Part shown: piece by piece, positions 28,710 to 37,739 of the stretch
How positions within the stretch are numbered: the first letter of the stretch is position 1
Layout of the letters: the number at the start of each line of letters is the position of its first letter
Assembly: GCA_031550325.1 (NCBI GenBank)
Contig: JAVBOR010000013.1
Location: forward strand, 27,946-91,945
Reading direction: 5' to 3'
DNA: 64,000 nt
Origin: Oscillospiraceae bacterium
GTDB lineage: Bacteria; Bacillota; Clostridia; Oscillospirales; UBA929
The notes under the pieces: model-generated
Databases searched by the model: none
Told to the model about the DNA's origin: nothing
Seen by the model: only the letters and a program-made list of their open reading frames with translations
Made by a program: the position numbers and the translations under genes

Positions 28710-29972
28710 TCAGGACCGCGCCGCCTTCCAGCGCGCGTTGAGGTCATCAAAGATGCCCTCGGGGCTCTTGCCGCTGACAATTTCCTGCGCAATCTCCAGA
28801 TAATCCAGCTCAGTGCGCGTGATGATCTCCTGCAGCTCGGCCGTATCTCCGATCTCCTCCAGATAGTTGGGCCGGAAGCTGTTGAACTCCCTGACATAGG
28901 AGAGGTCAACCTTGACGCTTCTGCGCGCGGAGAGAAGGCCGCAGCGCTGCGCAAAGTCCAGGTATTTGTCCTCCATCAGAAAGTTGAAAAACGCCATGGC
29001 GGCCTCGGGGCAGCGTGTGTTTTTGGCCACGGCCATGGCGATGTCCGGCCCGGCGGTCACATTGCGCTGTCCGTCAGTGTCGTCGTACGGAAACGGAAAG
29101 AAGCCGACGTCCTCGAGCGTGAGGGCATCGCCGATGGCCTGCGGGACATACCAGCTGCCCAGCAGCATCATGCCGATCTCACCCCGCCGGAAGGCAGCGC
29201 CCGTGGGCTCCCAGTCGCAGTCAACCGAAAGGGGTTCGTCCTCGACAATGCCGGAATCCACGAAGCGCTTGAGCAGGCCGTAGCTCCGCACCACCGCGCT
29301 GTCGGGCGTGAAGGGCTCATCCTCCAGCGCGAGCTTGTTGCGCAGTTCCGGATCGCCCGAAATCATTTTACATACATCCTGCCAATAATACTGCAGCGGC
29401 CACTTGGCCTTTGCGACCGTAGCCAGACCAACGCGGCCCGAGGCCTTTATGGCGCGGGCGCACTCCAGAAACTGCGTCAGCGTGTTGGGTACGGTCAAAT
29501 CGAGCTCGGTAAAGATCTTCTTGTTGTACACAATGCCGACGGCCACGAGCCCCGTGGGCATGGCGTAGAGCCTGCCGTCGTTTCCCGTAAACTGGTCGAT
29601 GCCCGTGAAATCGTCCGCGTAGGGCAGGTCATCGAGCGGACGGTTGTACTGCTGGAGCTGCGCCCTGGTGTATGTGGTCGGGTGGACCGACCAGATGTCA
29701 GGCAGGTCATTTGTGGCCATTTTGATCTTCATTGTGTCAAAATAGTCCTTGACCGTGTCAATTTCAATGATGACGTTCGGGTATTTTTGATTAAACTCGG
29801 CCACATACTGCGGCAGAACCGAGTTTTGAAAATCTGTTCGATGGGAACTGTAGACAATGGTCCCACTGAGCTCTTCGGGCGCAGAGGGCGAAAAGCTCGC
29901 GGGCGTGGGCGCGCAGGCGCACAGGCCCGCGCACAGCAGCGCGCACCACAGGATGGCAAAGAGTCTGTTCAC
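28710..29972 (-). CDS. ABC-type sugar-binding lipoprotein (family 1 SBP), no cognate permeases adjacent
   Basis: 420 aa with signal/lipobox LCAGLCACAP. SBP_bac_1-like sequence. It lies between the response regulator and the kinase. Confidence 0.8.
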   Translation of the reverse strand: MNRLFAILWCALLCAGLCACAPTPASFSPSAPEELSGTIVYSSHRTDFQNSVLPQYVAEFNQKYPNVIIEIDTVKDYFDTMKIKMATNDLPDIWSVHPTTYTRAQLQQYNRPLDDLPYADDFTGIDQFTGNDGRLYAMPTGLVAVGIVYNKKIFTELDLTVPNTLTQFLECARAIKASGRVGLATVAKAKWPLQYYWQDVCKMISGDPELRNKLALEDEPFTPDSAVVRSYGLLKRFVDSGIVEDEPLSVDCDWEPTGAAFRRGEIGMMLLGSWYVPQAIGDALTLEDVGFFPFPYDDTDGQRNVTAGPDIAMAVAKNTRCPEAAMAFFNFLMEDKYLDFAQRCGLLSARRSVKVDLSYVREFNSFRPNYLEEIGDTAELQEIITRTELDYLEIAQEIVSGKSPEGIFDDLNARWKAARS

Positions 29973-30001
29973 GCCCGGTCTCCTTCCCGATTGGCAGCCG
30001 A

Positions 30002-31618
30002 TCAGATGGCGAGATTGCGGTAGGCGTTTGGCGGCACGCCCACGAGCTTTTTGAAGACCTTGCTGAAGTACGTCGGATCGTCGTACCCCACCAGGGTTCC
30101 CACCTGGTAGGCTTTCATCCCCTTGTCGCGCAGCAGCGCCTTGGCGCGTTCGATGCGGATACGCGTCAAATAGTCCAAAAAGTGCTCCCCGGTCTGTTCA
30201 TGAAACAGCTCACAGATGTAGTTGGGCGAGACATGGGCGATCTCAGAGATGCGTCCGAGCGTAATCTGCTCGCTGTAGTTGTCGTCGACATACGTCTTGA
30301 TCATGTCGACCAGCCGGTTTCCCTTGCCCGCCGATCGGTGCATCCCGCTCATCATCTCGACGCAGACCGTCGTTGTGTAGTCTAGGATCGCCTCGCAGGT
30401 TTCGAGAAGCTCAATCTGCTGTATGTAGGAGTATTCCTCGCCGTGCAGTCTGGTCAGCGTCGAGGCGAGCCTTTGGTATTCCTGCAAAATGCGGGAGAAG
30501 GCGTCGCTGAAGATCCGGCGCGCGAGCGTGCCTGGCGCGCCACAGTGGCGCAGCGCCAGGCCAAATGACTCCCAGGCGCGTCTCAGGCCAAGGGCGTCGT
30601 TTCGGTTGATGTGGGCCAGGATGGACTCCTGGGCCCTGTCCAGCGCCTTTTGCGCCGGCAGGGAGAGGGTGAGCTCCGCCTCGGAGTGCGCCCTGACGGA
30701 CTCGGGCGTCACGTCGATGCGCGTCACGCCCGTGCGGTAAAACGCGTTGGCCAGCGACTGCGCCACGCGGTCCATATTCTGTCCGGCCTGGCTGAGGTGT
30801 TCAAATGGCTCGGACACCACCAGCGTGACCGCCACCTTTTGCTGATGTCTGAGGTCACCGTACAGTGCCTCCAGAGCGCGATCCGTGGGCCGGCTGTCGT
30901 CCGCGCCCAAAAGCGCGACCACGCCCGACCGGTCAAGGTGCGGCAGAAACAGCGGCAGCTCCGCCATAGCGGAGCCCATCATCTTGCGAAAGGAGTTTTG
31001 CTCATAGTGATGCTCGCGCCTGTTCCTGTGCAGTTGAAGGCCGGTGTCTATGTGGATGGCGGCGATGCGAAAGCAGCCGAGCTCACCCGGAAGGCCAAGG
31101 AGCGCCAGCTGCGCGCGCGCCTGTCCGGGCTGGGCATACAGACCTGTGCGGGTGATGTCCCGCGAAAGCTGCTCAGTGAGGTGTGCAAGGCTCTCTTTGA
31201 TCAATAGCTGCTGTTCACGCTCGACGCGCGCCGCGGCGTCGGCCTTTTCCACCGCGCAAAGGGCGTTGTCCAGCGCACTGCGCAACTGATCCTCATCAAT
31301 GGGCTTGAGGATATAATCCAAGACGCCGCCGCAAATGGCCTTACGAGCGTATGTAAACTCGGCGTGTCCGCTTAAAATGATCTTATGAACATGGGGGTCA
31401 ATCTGGTTGAGCCGCTCGATAAACTGCAGCCCGTTGACCTTGGGCATCATCATGTCGACAATGGCCACATGCGGCCGGCAGCGCTCAACAAGCTCCAGCG
31501 CCTCTTCCCCGTCGGCCGCCTCGCCAACGACCTCGAAGCCCGCGTCAAAGTCTTCGATGATGCGCGCAAGGCCCTTGCGGATAATGGTCTCGTCATCAAC
31601 CAGCAGTATCTTTAGCAT
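30002..31618 (-). CDS. YesN-type response regulator with AraC-family DNA-binding domain
   Basis: 538 aa. Receiver (MLKILLVDDE...VAIVDMMMP) and C-terminal AraC HTH pair (ITLGRISEIAHVSPNYICELF...VGTLVGYDDPTYFSKVFKK). Confidence 0.9.
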   Translation of the reverse strand: MLKILLVDDETIIRKGLARIIEDFDAGFEVVGEAADGEEALELVERCRPHVAIVDMMMPKVNGLQFIERLNQIDPHVHKIILSGHAEFTYARKAICGGVLDYILKPIDEDQLRSALDNALCAVEKADAAARVEREQQLLIKESLAHLTEQLSRDITRTGLYAQPGQARAQLALLGLPGELGCFRIAAIHIDTGLQLHRNRREHHYEQNSFRKMMGSAMAELPLFLPHLDRSGVVALLGADDSRPTDRALEALYGDLRHQQKVAVTLVVSEPFEHLSQAGQNMDRVAQSLANAFYRTGVTRIDVTPESVRAHSEAELTLSLPAQKALDRAQESILAHINRNDALGLRRAWESFGLALRHCGAPGTLARRIFSDAFSRILQEYQRLASTLTRLHGEEYSYIQQIELLETCEAILDYTTTVCVEMMSGMHRSAGKGNRLVDMIKTYVDDNYSEQITLGRISEIAHVSPNYICELFHEQTGEHFLDYLTRIRIERAKALLRDKGMKAYQVGTLVGYDDPTYFSKVFKKLVGVPPNAYRNLAI

Positions 31619-31922
31619 GGTATTCCTCCTGGACAGAAATACGTTTATGCGGGGAAACCCCGAAAGGCGCCGCTTCAGGGCATTTATTGAGGGTGGCCGC
31701 GCGGGAGCGGGGGTTTTGAATCAAAAAACGCGTCCCGCCGAAAAAAGTGGCGCACCGTAAACGATTAAGTTCTCGGAGCTACCGGCACGCCAGGCACGCA
31801 AAGAGGTGGGCTCCAGTTTTTAGGAGAAGAGGGGCAGGGCAACGTGTTCAAAAAAACTTTGAATATATTATTCAGAATACCACAAGTTGCTTAAAGTGTC
31901 AATCTGTGGGGCTTACGCGCAC

Positions 31923-31952
31923 TTGACTGCCAATCGGCGGGTATGGTATAGT
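31923..31952 (+). promoter_or_regulatory. candidate ileS promoter
   Basis: TTGACT (31923-31928), 18-nt spacer, TATAGT (31947-31952). This leaves a ~260-nt leader before the ileS start. Confidence 0.35.
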
Positions 31953-32215
31953 AGTGGGGCTGATGAAAAAAGCCCTTTTCCGCTCGAAGCCGCACGGCGA
32001 TGAGTTGCCGATTTCGGAGGATTGGAGCCGCATCCACATCTTAATGCGGTGAAATGTTCCGAAATTGGTCAATGGAAAGACTTTGGAGTCGCGACTGTGG
32101 GGTTTACCTGCAGCCTGTAGTGGTGTGACTCATTCAAAAACGCCTCAAACGGCCTTGGATGCGGACTTTCCCGGTCCGTCCGGCCGCGCGGGAGCCAATG
32201 ACTGAAAAAGGTTTG

Positions 32216-34954
32216 ATGGATATGGAGTACTCAAAAACACTGATGCTGCCCGCCACCGAGTTCCCGATGCGCGCAGGTCTGCCCAAACGCGAGCCGGAGA
32301 TGCTGGAGCGCTGGCGTCAGGACAGGCTGTATGAGCTCGTGCAGGAGGAAAACCGCGACAAGCCGCTTTTCATTCTGCATGACGGCCCGCCGTTTTCCAA
32401 TGGCGATCTTCACATGGGCCACGCGCTGAACAAGGTGCTTAAGGACTTTGTCCTGCGCTATAAGAGCATGGCCGGTTTCCGTACGCCCTATGTTCCGGGC
32501 TGGGACAACCACGGTATGCCGATTGAGAGCGCGATCATCAAAAAGCAGAAGCTCGACCGAAACAAGATGTCGATTCCCGAGTTCAGGGACGCCTGCAGGG
32601 ATTTTGCCCAAGGATACGTCGACCGGCAGAGCGGGCAGTTTCAGCGCCTGGGTATTTTGGGCGACTGGGAGCACCCCTATCTGACCATGGACAGGTCGTT
32701 TGAGGCCGAGGAGATCAAGATCTTCGGCGAAATGGCCGAAAAGGGATACATCTATAAAGGGCTGAAGCCCGTGTACTGGTGCGCCCACGACGCCACTGCG
32801 CTGGCCGAGGCCGAGGTGGAGTACGTTGACGACGCCTGCGATTCAGTGTACGTCAGGTTCGCGCTTCACGACGACAAGGGAAGGCTCTCGCCGTACGGCG
32901 ATGTGTCGCAGATGTCCTTTGTCATCTGGACGACGACGACCTGGACGCTGCCCGGAAACCTGGCCATCTGTCTGCACCCCGATTTTGACTATGCCTTGTG
33001 CCAAACCGGCGACGGCATTCTGATCATGGCTGAATCGCTGCGCGAGCGCGTGGCCGCGGCGGCCGGACTGGGCGAGGTGCGCGTGTTGGGCACGCTCAAG
33101 GGCAAAGAGCTTGAGTATATGACCGCCAGGCATCCGTTTTTGGATCGGGACAGCCTGATTATTGTCGGCGACCACGTTACGAGCGAGGCCGGAACGGGCT
33201 GCGTCCACACGGCGCCCGGACACGGCGCCGAGGACTGGCTGGTCGCGCAGAAATACGATCTGCCGGTCATTGTGCCGGTGGACGACAAGGGCCGCATGAC
33301 GGCCGAGGCCGGGCCATTTGCCGGGCTGACGACCGACGAGGCAAACCGCGCCATTGCCGATGAGCTCAAGCGTTCGGGCGCCATGCTGGCCTCCGAGCGG
33401 ATTGAGCACCCCTATCCCCATTGCTGGCGCTGTAAGCACCCAGTCCTGTTCCGGGCCACCGAGCAGTGGTTTGCGTCCGTGGACGCCATCAAGGAGGCAG
33501 CCTGCGCCGAGGCCGACAAGGTGACGTGGTACCCCGAGTGGGGGCACGACCGTATGATCGCGATGATCCAGGAGCGCTCGGACTGGTGCATTTCCCGCCA
33601 GCGCAACTGGGGTCTGCCGATTCCCGTGTTTTACTGCGAAAGCTGTCAAAAGCCGATCATCACGCGCGCCACGATTGACAAAGTCAGCGAGGTATTTCGC
33701 GCGGAGGGCTCCAACGCCTGGTATGTCCGTCCGGCCGAGGAGCTTGTTCCCGAGGGCCTGCGCTGCCCCGACTGCGGCCACACCCGCTTTGTCAAGGAGA
33801 AGAGCACGCTGGACGGCTGGTTTGACTCCGGCTCGACGCATGCCGCCGTGCTGCGCACGCGCCCCGGGCTGCGCTGGCCTGCCGACCTGTACCTCGAGGG
33901 CGGCGACCAGTACCGTGGCTGGTTCCAAAGCTCGCTGCTGACCGCCGTCGCCACGAAGGACTGCGCCTCCCCTTTCAAAAGCGCCATCACGAACGGCTGG
34001 GTGTTTGCCTCCGACGGGCGCAAGATGAGCAAGTCCGAGGGCAACGGTATGGACCCCATGCAGGTCTGCCAGCAGTACGGCGCTGACATCCTGCGCCTGT
34101 GGGTGTCCTCGACCGACTACCGCACCGACATGCGCATCGGCCCGGAGATCTTCAAGCAGCAATCCGAGGTTTATCTAAAAATCCGCAACACCTGCCGGTT
34201 TCTGCTGGGGAACTTGGCCGACTTTGACGCCGACCTGCCCGAGAGCGAGCTGACCGAACTGGACCGCTGGGCCCTGTGGCAGCTGGATGAGCTTGTGGGG
34301 AAGGTGCGCGAGAGCTATGACGCGTATGAATACCACCGGGTTTTCCACGCCGTGCACAATTTCTGCGTCGTCGAGATGAGCAATTTTTATCTGGACGTGC
34401 TCAAGGATCGCCTGTACTGTGAAAAAGCCGATGGTCACGAGCGCCGCAGCGCGCAGACGGCCATTTACCGCATTTTGGACGCGCTGGTGCGTCTGGTCGC
34501 GCCCATTTTGGCCTATACGTCCGAGGAGCTTTGGCAGTTTATGCCGCACCACAAAGGCGCGGACACGCGCAGCGTGCTGCTCAACGACATGCCGTCGGCG
34601 CAGGCTGCCTTGTTTGCCGAGGCGGGCAAGTGGGAGAAACTCATCGCCCTGCGCGAAGAGGTCAACAAGGTGCTGGAGAACGCCCGCGCTTCCAAGACGA
34701 TCGGCAAGTCGCTGGAGGCCGAGGTGACGCTGACCGCCAAGGGCGAGGAATACGCCTTCTTAAGAGAAAACGCGCCCCTGCTGCCGAGCATCCTGATCGT
34801 GTCGTCAGTCAGGCTGGAAGAAGGGCCGCGCGGCGTCGCGTGCGCCGTGGCTCCGGGCGAAAAGTGCGAACGCTGCTGGACAGTTGTGACCGACCGCGGC
34901 GCAAACCCCGCCCATCCCACGCTTTGTCCGCGATGCGCAGGCGTTGTTTCGTGA
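32216..34954 (+). CDS. ileS: isoleucyl-tRNA synthetase
   Basis: HIGH motif (GDLHMGH), KMSKS present, C-terminal Zn finger (CERCW...CPRC). Start placed at ATG 32216/32222 (MDMEYSKTLMLPATEFPMRAGL) rather than the track start at 32159. Confidence 0.95.
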   Translation: MDMEYSKTLMLPATEFPMRAGLPKREPEMLERWRQDRLYELVQEENRDKPLFILHDGPPFSNGDLHMGHALNKVLKDFVLRYKSMAGFRTPYVPGWDNHGMPIESAIIKKQKLDRNKMSIPEFRDACRDFAQGYVDRQSGQFQRLGILGDWEHPYLTMDRSFEAEEIKIFGEMAEKGYIYKGLKPVYWCAHDATALAEAEVEYVDDACDSVYVRFALHDDKGRLSPYGDVSQMSFVIWTTTTWTLPGNLAICLHPDFDYALCQTGDGILIMAESLRERVAAAAGLGEVRVLGTLKGKELEYMTARHPFLDRDSLIIVGDHVTSEAGTGCVHTAPGHGAEDWLVAQKYDLPVIVPVDDKGRMTAEAGPFAGLTTDEANRAIADELKRSGAMLASERIEHPYPHCWRCKHPVLFRATEQWFASVDAIKEAACAEADKVTWYPEWGHDRMIAMIQERSDWCISRQRNWGLPIPVFYCESCQKPIITRATIDKVSEVFRAEGSNAWYVRPAEELVPEGLRCPDCGHTRFVKEKSTLDGWFDSGSTHAAVLRTRPGLRWPADLYLEGGDQYRGWFQSSLLTAVATKDCASPFKSAITNGWVFASDGRKMSKSEGNGMDPMQVCQQYGADILRLWVSSTDYRTDMRIGPEIFKQQSEVYLKIRNTCRFLLGNLADFDADLPESELTELDRWALWQLDELVGKVRESYDAYEYHRVFHAVHNFCVVEMSNFYLDVLKDRLYCEKADGHERRSAQTAIYRILDALVRLVAPILAYTSEELWQFMPHHKGADTRSVLLNDMPSAQAALFAEAGKWEKLIALREEVNKVLENARASKTIGKSLEAEVTLTAKGEEYAFLRENAPLLPSILIVSSVRLEEGPRGVACAVAPGEKCERCWTVVTDRGANPAHPTLCPRCAGVVS

Positions 34955-35436
34955 TCGGAAAAAGACGCCTGCTGTGGGCGCTGCTGACCGTGGCCTGCGG
35001 CATAGCCGCCGACCAGCTCTGCAAGTTCTGGGCGGCGGAGACGCTGAAGGGCAAGGGCGTTGTCGACCTCATTCCGGGCGTTCTGCATCTGGTTTATGTG
35101 GAGAACACCGGCGCAGCGTTTGGCCTTTTTGACAACAGCATGTGGATTCTCACGGTTATTTCGGCGATGGCGGCGCTGTTCATTGTCGTCGTGCTGTTGC
35201 GCGGCTGGATTCGCCACCCGCTGGGGTGGTGGAGTCTTGTGTTTGTGCTGAGCGGGGCGCTGGGTAACCTTCTGGACCGCGCTGCGCGCGGCTTTGTGGT
35301 GGATATGTTTGAGTTTTCCTTTGTGCGCTTTGCCGTGTTCAACGTGGCCGACATCTTTGTCACGGTGGGCGGCGCGCTGGTCTGCGTGTACTTGTTGTTT
35401 ATGCATGACAAGACCGTCGGCGCCGACAAAACCTGA
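34933..35436 (+). CDS. lspA: lipoprotein signal peptidase II
   Basis: In frame 34531..35436. From ATG 34933 (or GTG 34951): GVLHLVYVENTGAAFG, LGNLLDR and FAVFNVAD motifs. Confidence 0.85.
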   Translation: MRRRCFVIGKRRLLWALLTVACGIAADQLCKFWAAETLKGKGVVDLIPGVLHLVYVENTGAAFGLFDNSMWILTVISAMAALFIVVVLLRGWIRHPLGWWSLVFVLSGALGNLLDRAARGFVVDMFEFSFVRFAVFNVADIFVTVGGALVCVYLLFMHDKTVGADKT

Positions 35437-36350
35437 TGGAGCTTTGGACCATCGAATGCCGGGAGTATCCGGGTGAGCGCATTGACGTCTGGCTCGCGCG
35501 ATACGGGAGCCTGTCCCGCAACGCGCTGCAAAGGCTCATTATCCAGGATGCAGTCACCGTGGACGGGCGCGTGGCGCGCAAGAATCACCGCGTCTCGCCG
35601 GGCGAAACCATAGTTGTGGCGCTGCCCGATCCGGTTGCGGCAAAGGCGCTGGCCGAGGATATTCCCCTAAATGTTGTGTATGAAGACCGCGACCTCATCG
35701 TAATTGACAAGCCGCGCGGGCTGGCCGTGCATCCCTCGCCCGGACACGAGAGCGCCACGCTTGTCAACGCCTTGCTGCACCACTGCGGCTGTGAGCTTTC
35801 GGGCATTGGCGGCGTGACCCGGCCGGGCATTGTGCACCGCCTGGATATGGACACGTCGGGGCTATTGGTGTGCGCCAAAAACGACCTTGCGCACGTGGCC
35901 CTGTCCGAGGCGCTTAAGGCGCGTGAGATCGCTCGTATATACGAATGTGTCGTGCGGGGCGGCTTCAAGGACGAGGCGTTTACACTCAATTATCCGCTGG
36001 GGAGGCATCCCGCGCACCGAAAGAAGCAGGCGGTTCTGCCCCAGGGCGGGCGCGACGCCGTGACCCATGTGCGCGTTTTGGAGCGCTTTGCCGGATTCAG
36101 CTATGTGCAGTGTGAGCTGGAGACGGGGCGGACGCATCAGATCCGCGTGCACCTGGCGCATGTCGGGCATCCCGTCGCGGGAGACCGGCTGTACGGCGAC
36201 GGCAGGGATCCTCTGGCGCTGGACGGGCAGTGCCTGCACGCGCGCTTTCTGCGGTTTGCCCATCCGCGCACCGGGGAGCCCATGGCGTTTGAGGCGCCGC
36301 TGCCGCCTTATTTTGAGCGCACACTCGCCACGTTGCGCGCGCGGGCGTAG
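35436..36350 (+). CDS. rluD: RluA-family 23S rRNA pseudouridine synthase (RluD type)
   Basis: 304 aa. S4 domain at the N-terminus, catalytic HRLDMDTSGLL motif. TGATG overlap with lspA. Confidence 0.9.
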   Translation: MELWTIECREYPGERIDVWLARYGSLSRNALQRLIIQDAVTVDGRVARKNHRVSPGETIVVALPDPVAAKALAEDIPLNVVYEDRDLIVIDKPRGLAVHPSPGHESATLVNALLHHCGCELSGIGGVTRPGIVHRLDMDTSGLLVCAKNDLAHVALSEALKAREIARIYECVVRGGFKDEAFTLNYPLGRHPAHRKKQAVLPQGGRDAVTHVRVLERFAGFSYVQCELETGRTHQIRVHLAHVGHPVAGDRLYGDGRDPLALDGQCLHARFLRFAHPRTGEPMAFEAPLPPYFERTLATLRARA

Positions 36351-36401
36351 GCCCCGATCGGGCCGGGCTGACGATCTTTGCGGCATCATCAAACGATCAA
36401 G

Positions 36402-36443
36402 CGGCCGCCTTCTTCTCGGCTTTGTGAAGAGGGCGGCCGTTTT
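36402..36443 (+). terminator. rho-independent terminator after rluD
   Basis: CGGCCGCCTTCTTC (36402-36415) pairs with GAAGAGGGCGGCCG (36426-36439), including one G:T pair, followed by TTTT. Confidence 0.65.
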
Positions 36444-36484
36444 GGCGATATTGTTTTGTCTTTGCTGTGAGAGGGGCTAAAGGG

Positions 36485-37726
36485 ATGAACAAGCTAGAGC
36501 TGTTTAGGGCATCGGTGCGGTTTTCGCGCGAGGCCGTGGACGACATTGCCGGAACCGTTTTGGAGCGGCTGCGCGGCGCGGAAATTCCCATTCCGGTCGG
36601 AGGGGAGGTCGCCGTTGCCGTGGGCAGCCGGGGCATCGCTAACCTGCGGGTCATCGTTGGCGCGGTGTGCGCCTTTGTGCGCGAAAAGGGCGCGCGCCCG
36701 TTCATCGTTCCGGCGATGGGCAGCCATGGCGGCGCGACTGCCCAGGGGCAGGAGGCCGTGCTCGCCGGATACGGGATAACGCAAGAGGACGTGGGCGCGC
36801 CCATCCGCTCAAGCATGCAGACCGTCGAGCTGGACAGGGGCGCGCTGGAACACCGACTGTTTATGGACAAAGAGGCGTACAACGCCGACGGCGTGATCGT
36901 GATTGGCCGCGTCAAGCCCCATACGGACTTTTCAGCCGAGCTCGAGAGCGGACTGGCCAAGATGTGCGTCATCGGCCTGGGTAAGCACAAACAGGCGCTG
37001 GAGTGCCACAGTCTGGGCGCTCAGGGGCTGAGCCGGTGCATCGGCCCGGCGGCCGGGCGTATTCTGGCCACGGGAAAAATCCTGTGCGGGCTGGCCGTCG
37101 TCGAAAACGCCTATGACGAGACGGCGGCGCTTTGCGCGCTGCGCCCCGAGGATATACTCCGGAAGGAAAAAGAGCTGCTGGTCAAGGCGCGCGCGCTGAT
37201 GGGCGCGCTGCCCGCCGGGGCGCTTTCCCTGCTGATCGTGGACACGATCGGCAAGGACATTTCGGGAACAGGCATGGACACGAACGTCATCGGGCGGCGG
37301 CGCGTCGAGGGGATGGCCGAGCCGGCAAGCCCGCGCATCACGCACATCGTCGCCGATGACCTGACTCCGGCCTCCCACGGAAACGCACTGGGCGTGGGGC
37401 TTGCGGACTTCATCACGCGCAGGCTGTATGACAAGATCGACTTCCCCGCCACCTATGAGAACACGCTGACCTCGACCTTTATCGACAGGGCGAGGATTCC
37501 GCTCGTGGCGCAGTCGCCGCGCCAGGCCGTTCAGTGGGCCCTGCGCGTGCAGGGCGGGCTGGAGCCCTTAAAGGCAAGGATCATCCGCATCCGCAGCACG
37601 CGGGCGCTGGACGAAATCCTTGTTTCTTCCGCGCTTGTTCCCGAGCTGAGCGCGCGCGGGGACGTAACGCTCTCCGACCGGCCGGAGGCGCTGTTCACTG
37701 AGGCTGGTGAGCTAAAGCCGTTTTAG
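36485..37726 (+). CDS. LarA-like (DUF2088 / nickel-pincer-cofactor-dependent racemase/epimerase family) protein
   Basis: 413 aa from ATG 36485. Hand alignment to L. plantarum LarA: AMGSHG ~ ATGFHR (His108), VKPH ~ IESH (His174), SGLAK ~ GGRK (Lys184). A His lies exactly 16 residues after that Lys (ECH ~ ANH, His200). Confidence 0.5.
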   Translation: MNKLELFRASVRFSREAVDDIAGTVLERLRGAEIPIPVGGEVAVAVGSRGIANLRVIVGAVCAFVREKGARPFIVPAMGSHGGATAQGQEAVLAGYGITQEDVGAPIRSSMQTVELDRGALEHRLFMDKEAYNADGVIVIGRVKPHTDFSAELESGLAKMCVIGLGKHKQALECHSLGAQGLSRCIGPAAGRILATGKILCGLAVVENAYDETAALCALRPEDILRKEKELLVKARALMGALPAGALSLLIVDTIGKDISGTGMDTNVIGRRRVEGMAEPASPRITHIVADDLTPASHGNALGVGLADFITRRLYDKIDFPATYENTLTSTFIDRARIPLVAQSPRQAVQWALRVQGGLEPLKARIIRIRSTRALDEILVSSALVPELSARGDVTLSDRPEALFTEAGELKPF

Positions 37727-37739
37727 GCGCGGCGGGGCG

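Noticed and set aside
31953-32215. Calling the ileS leader a T-box riboswitch
   Set aside because: It is expected from Firmicute biology, but I could not find the conserved T-box 14-mer, an AGUA/GAA specifier loop with an Ile codon in the right context, or a terminator. It is kept only as an unassigned leader.
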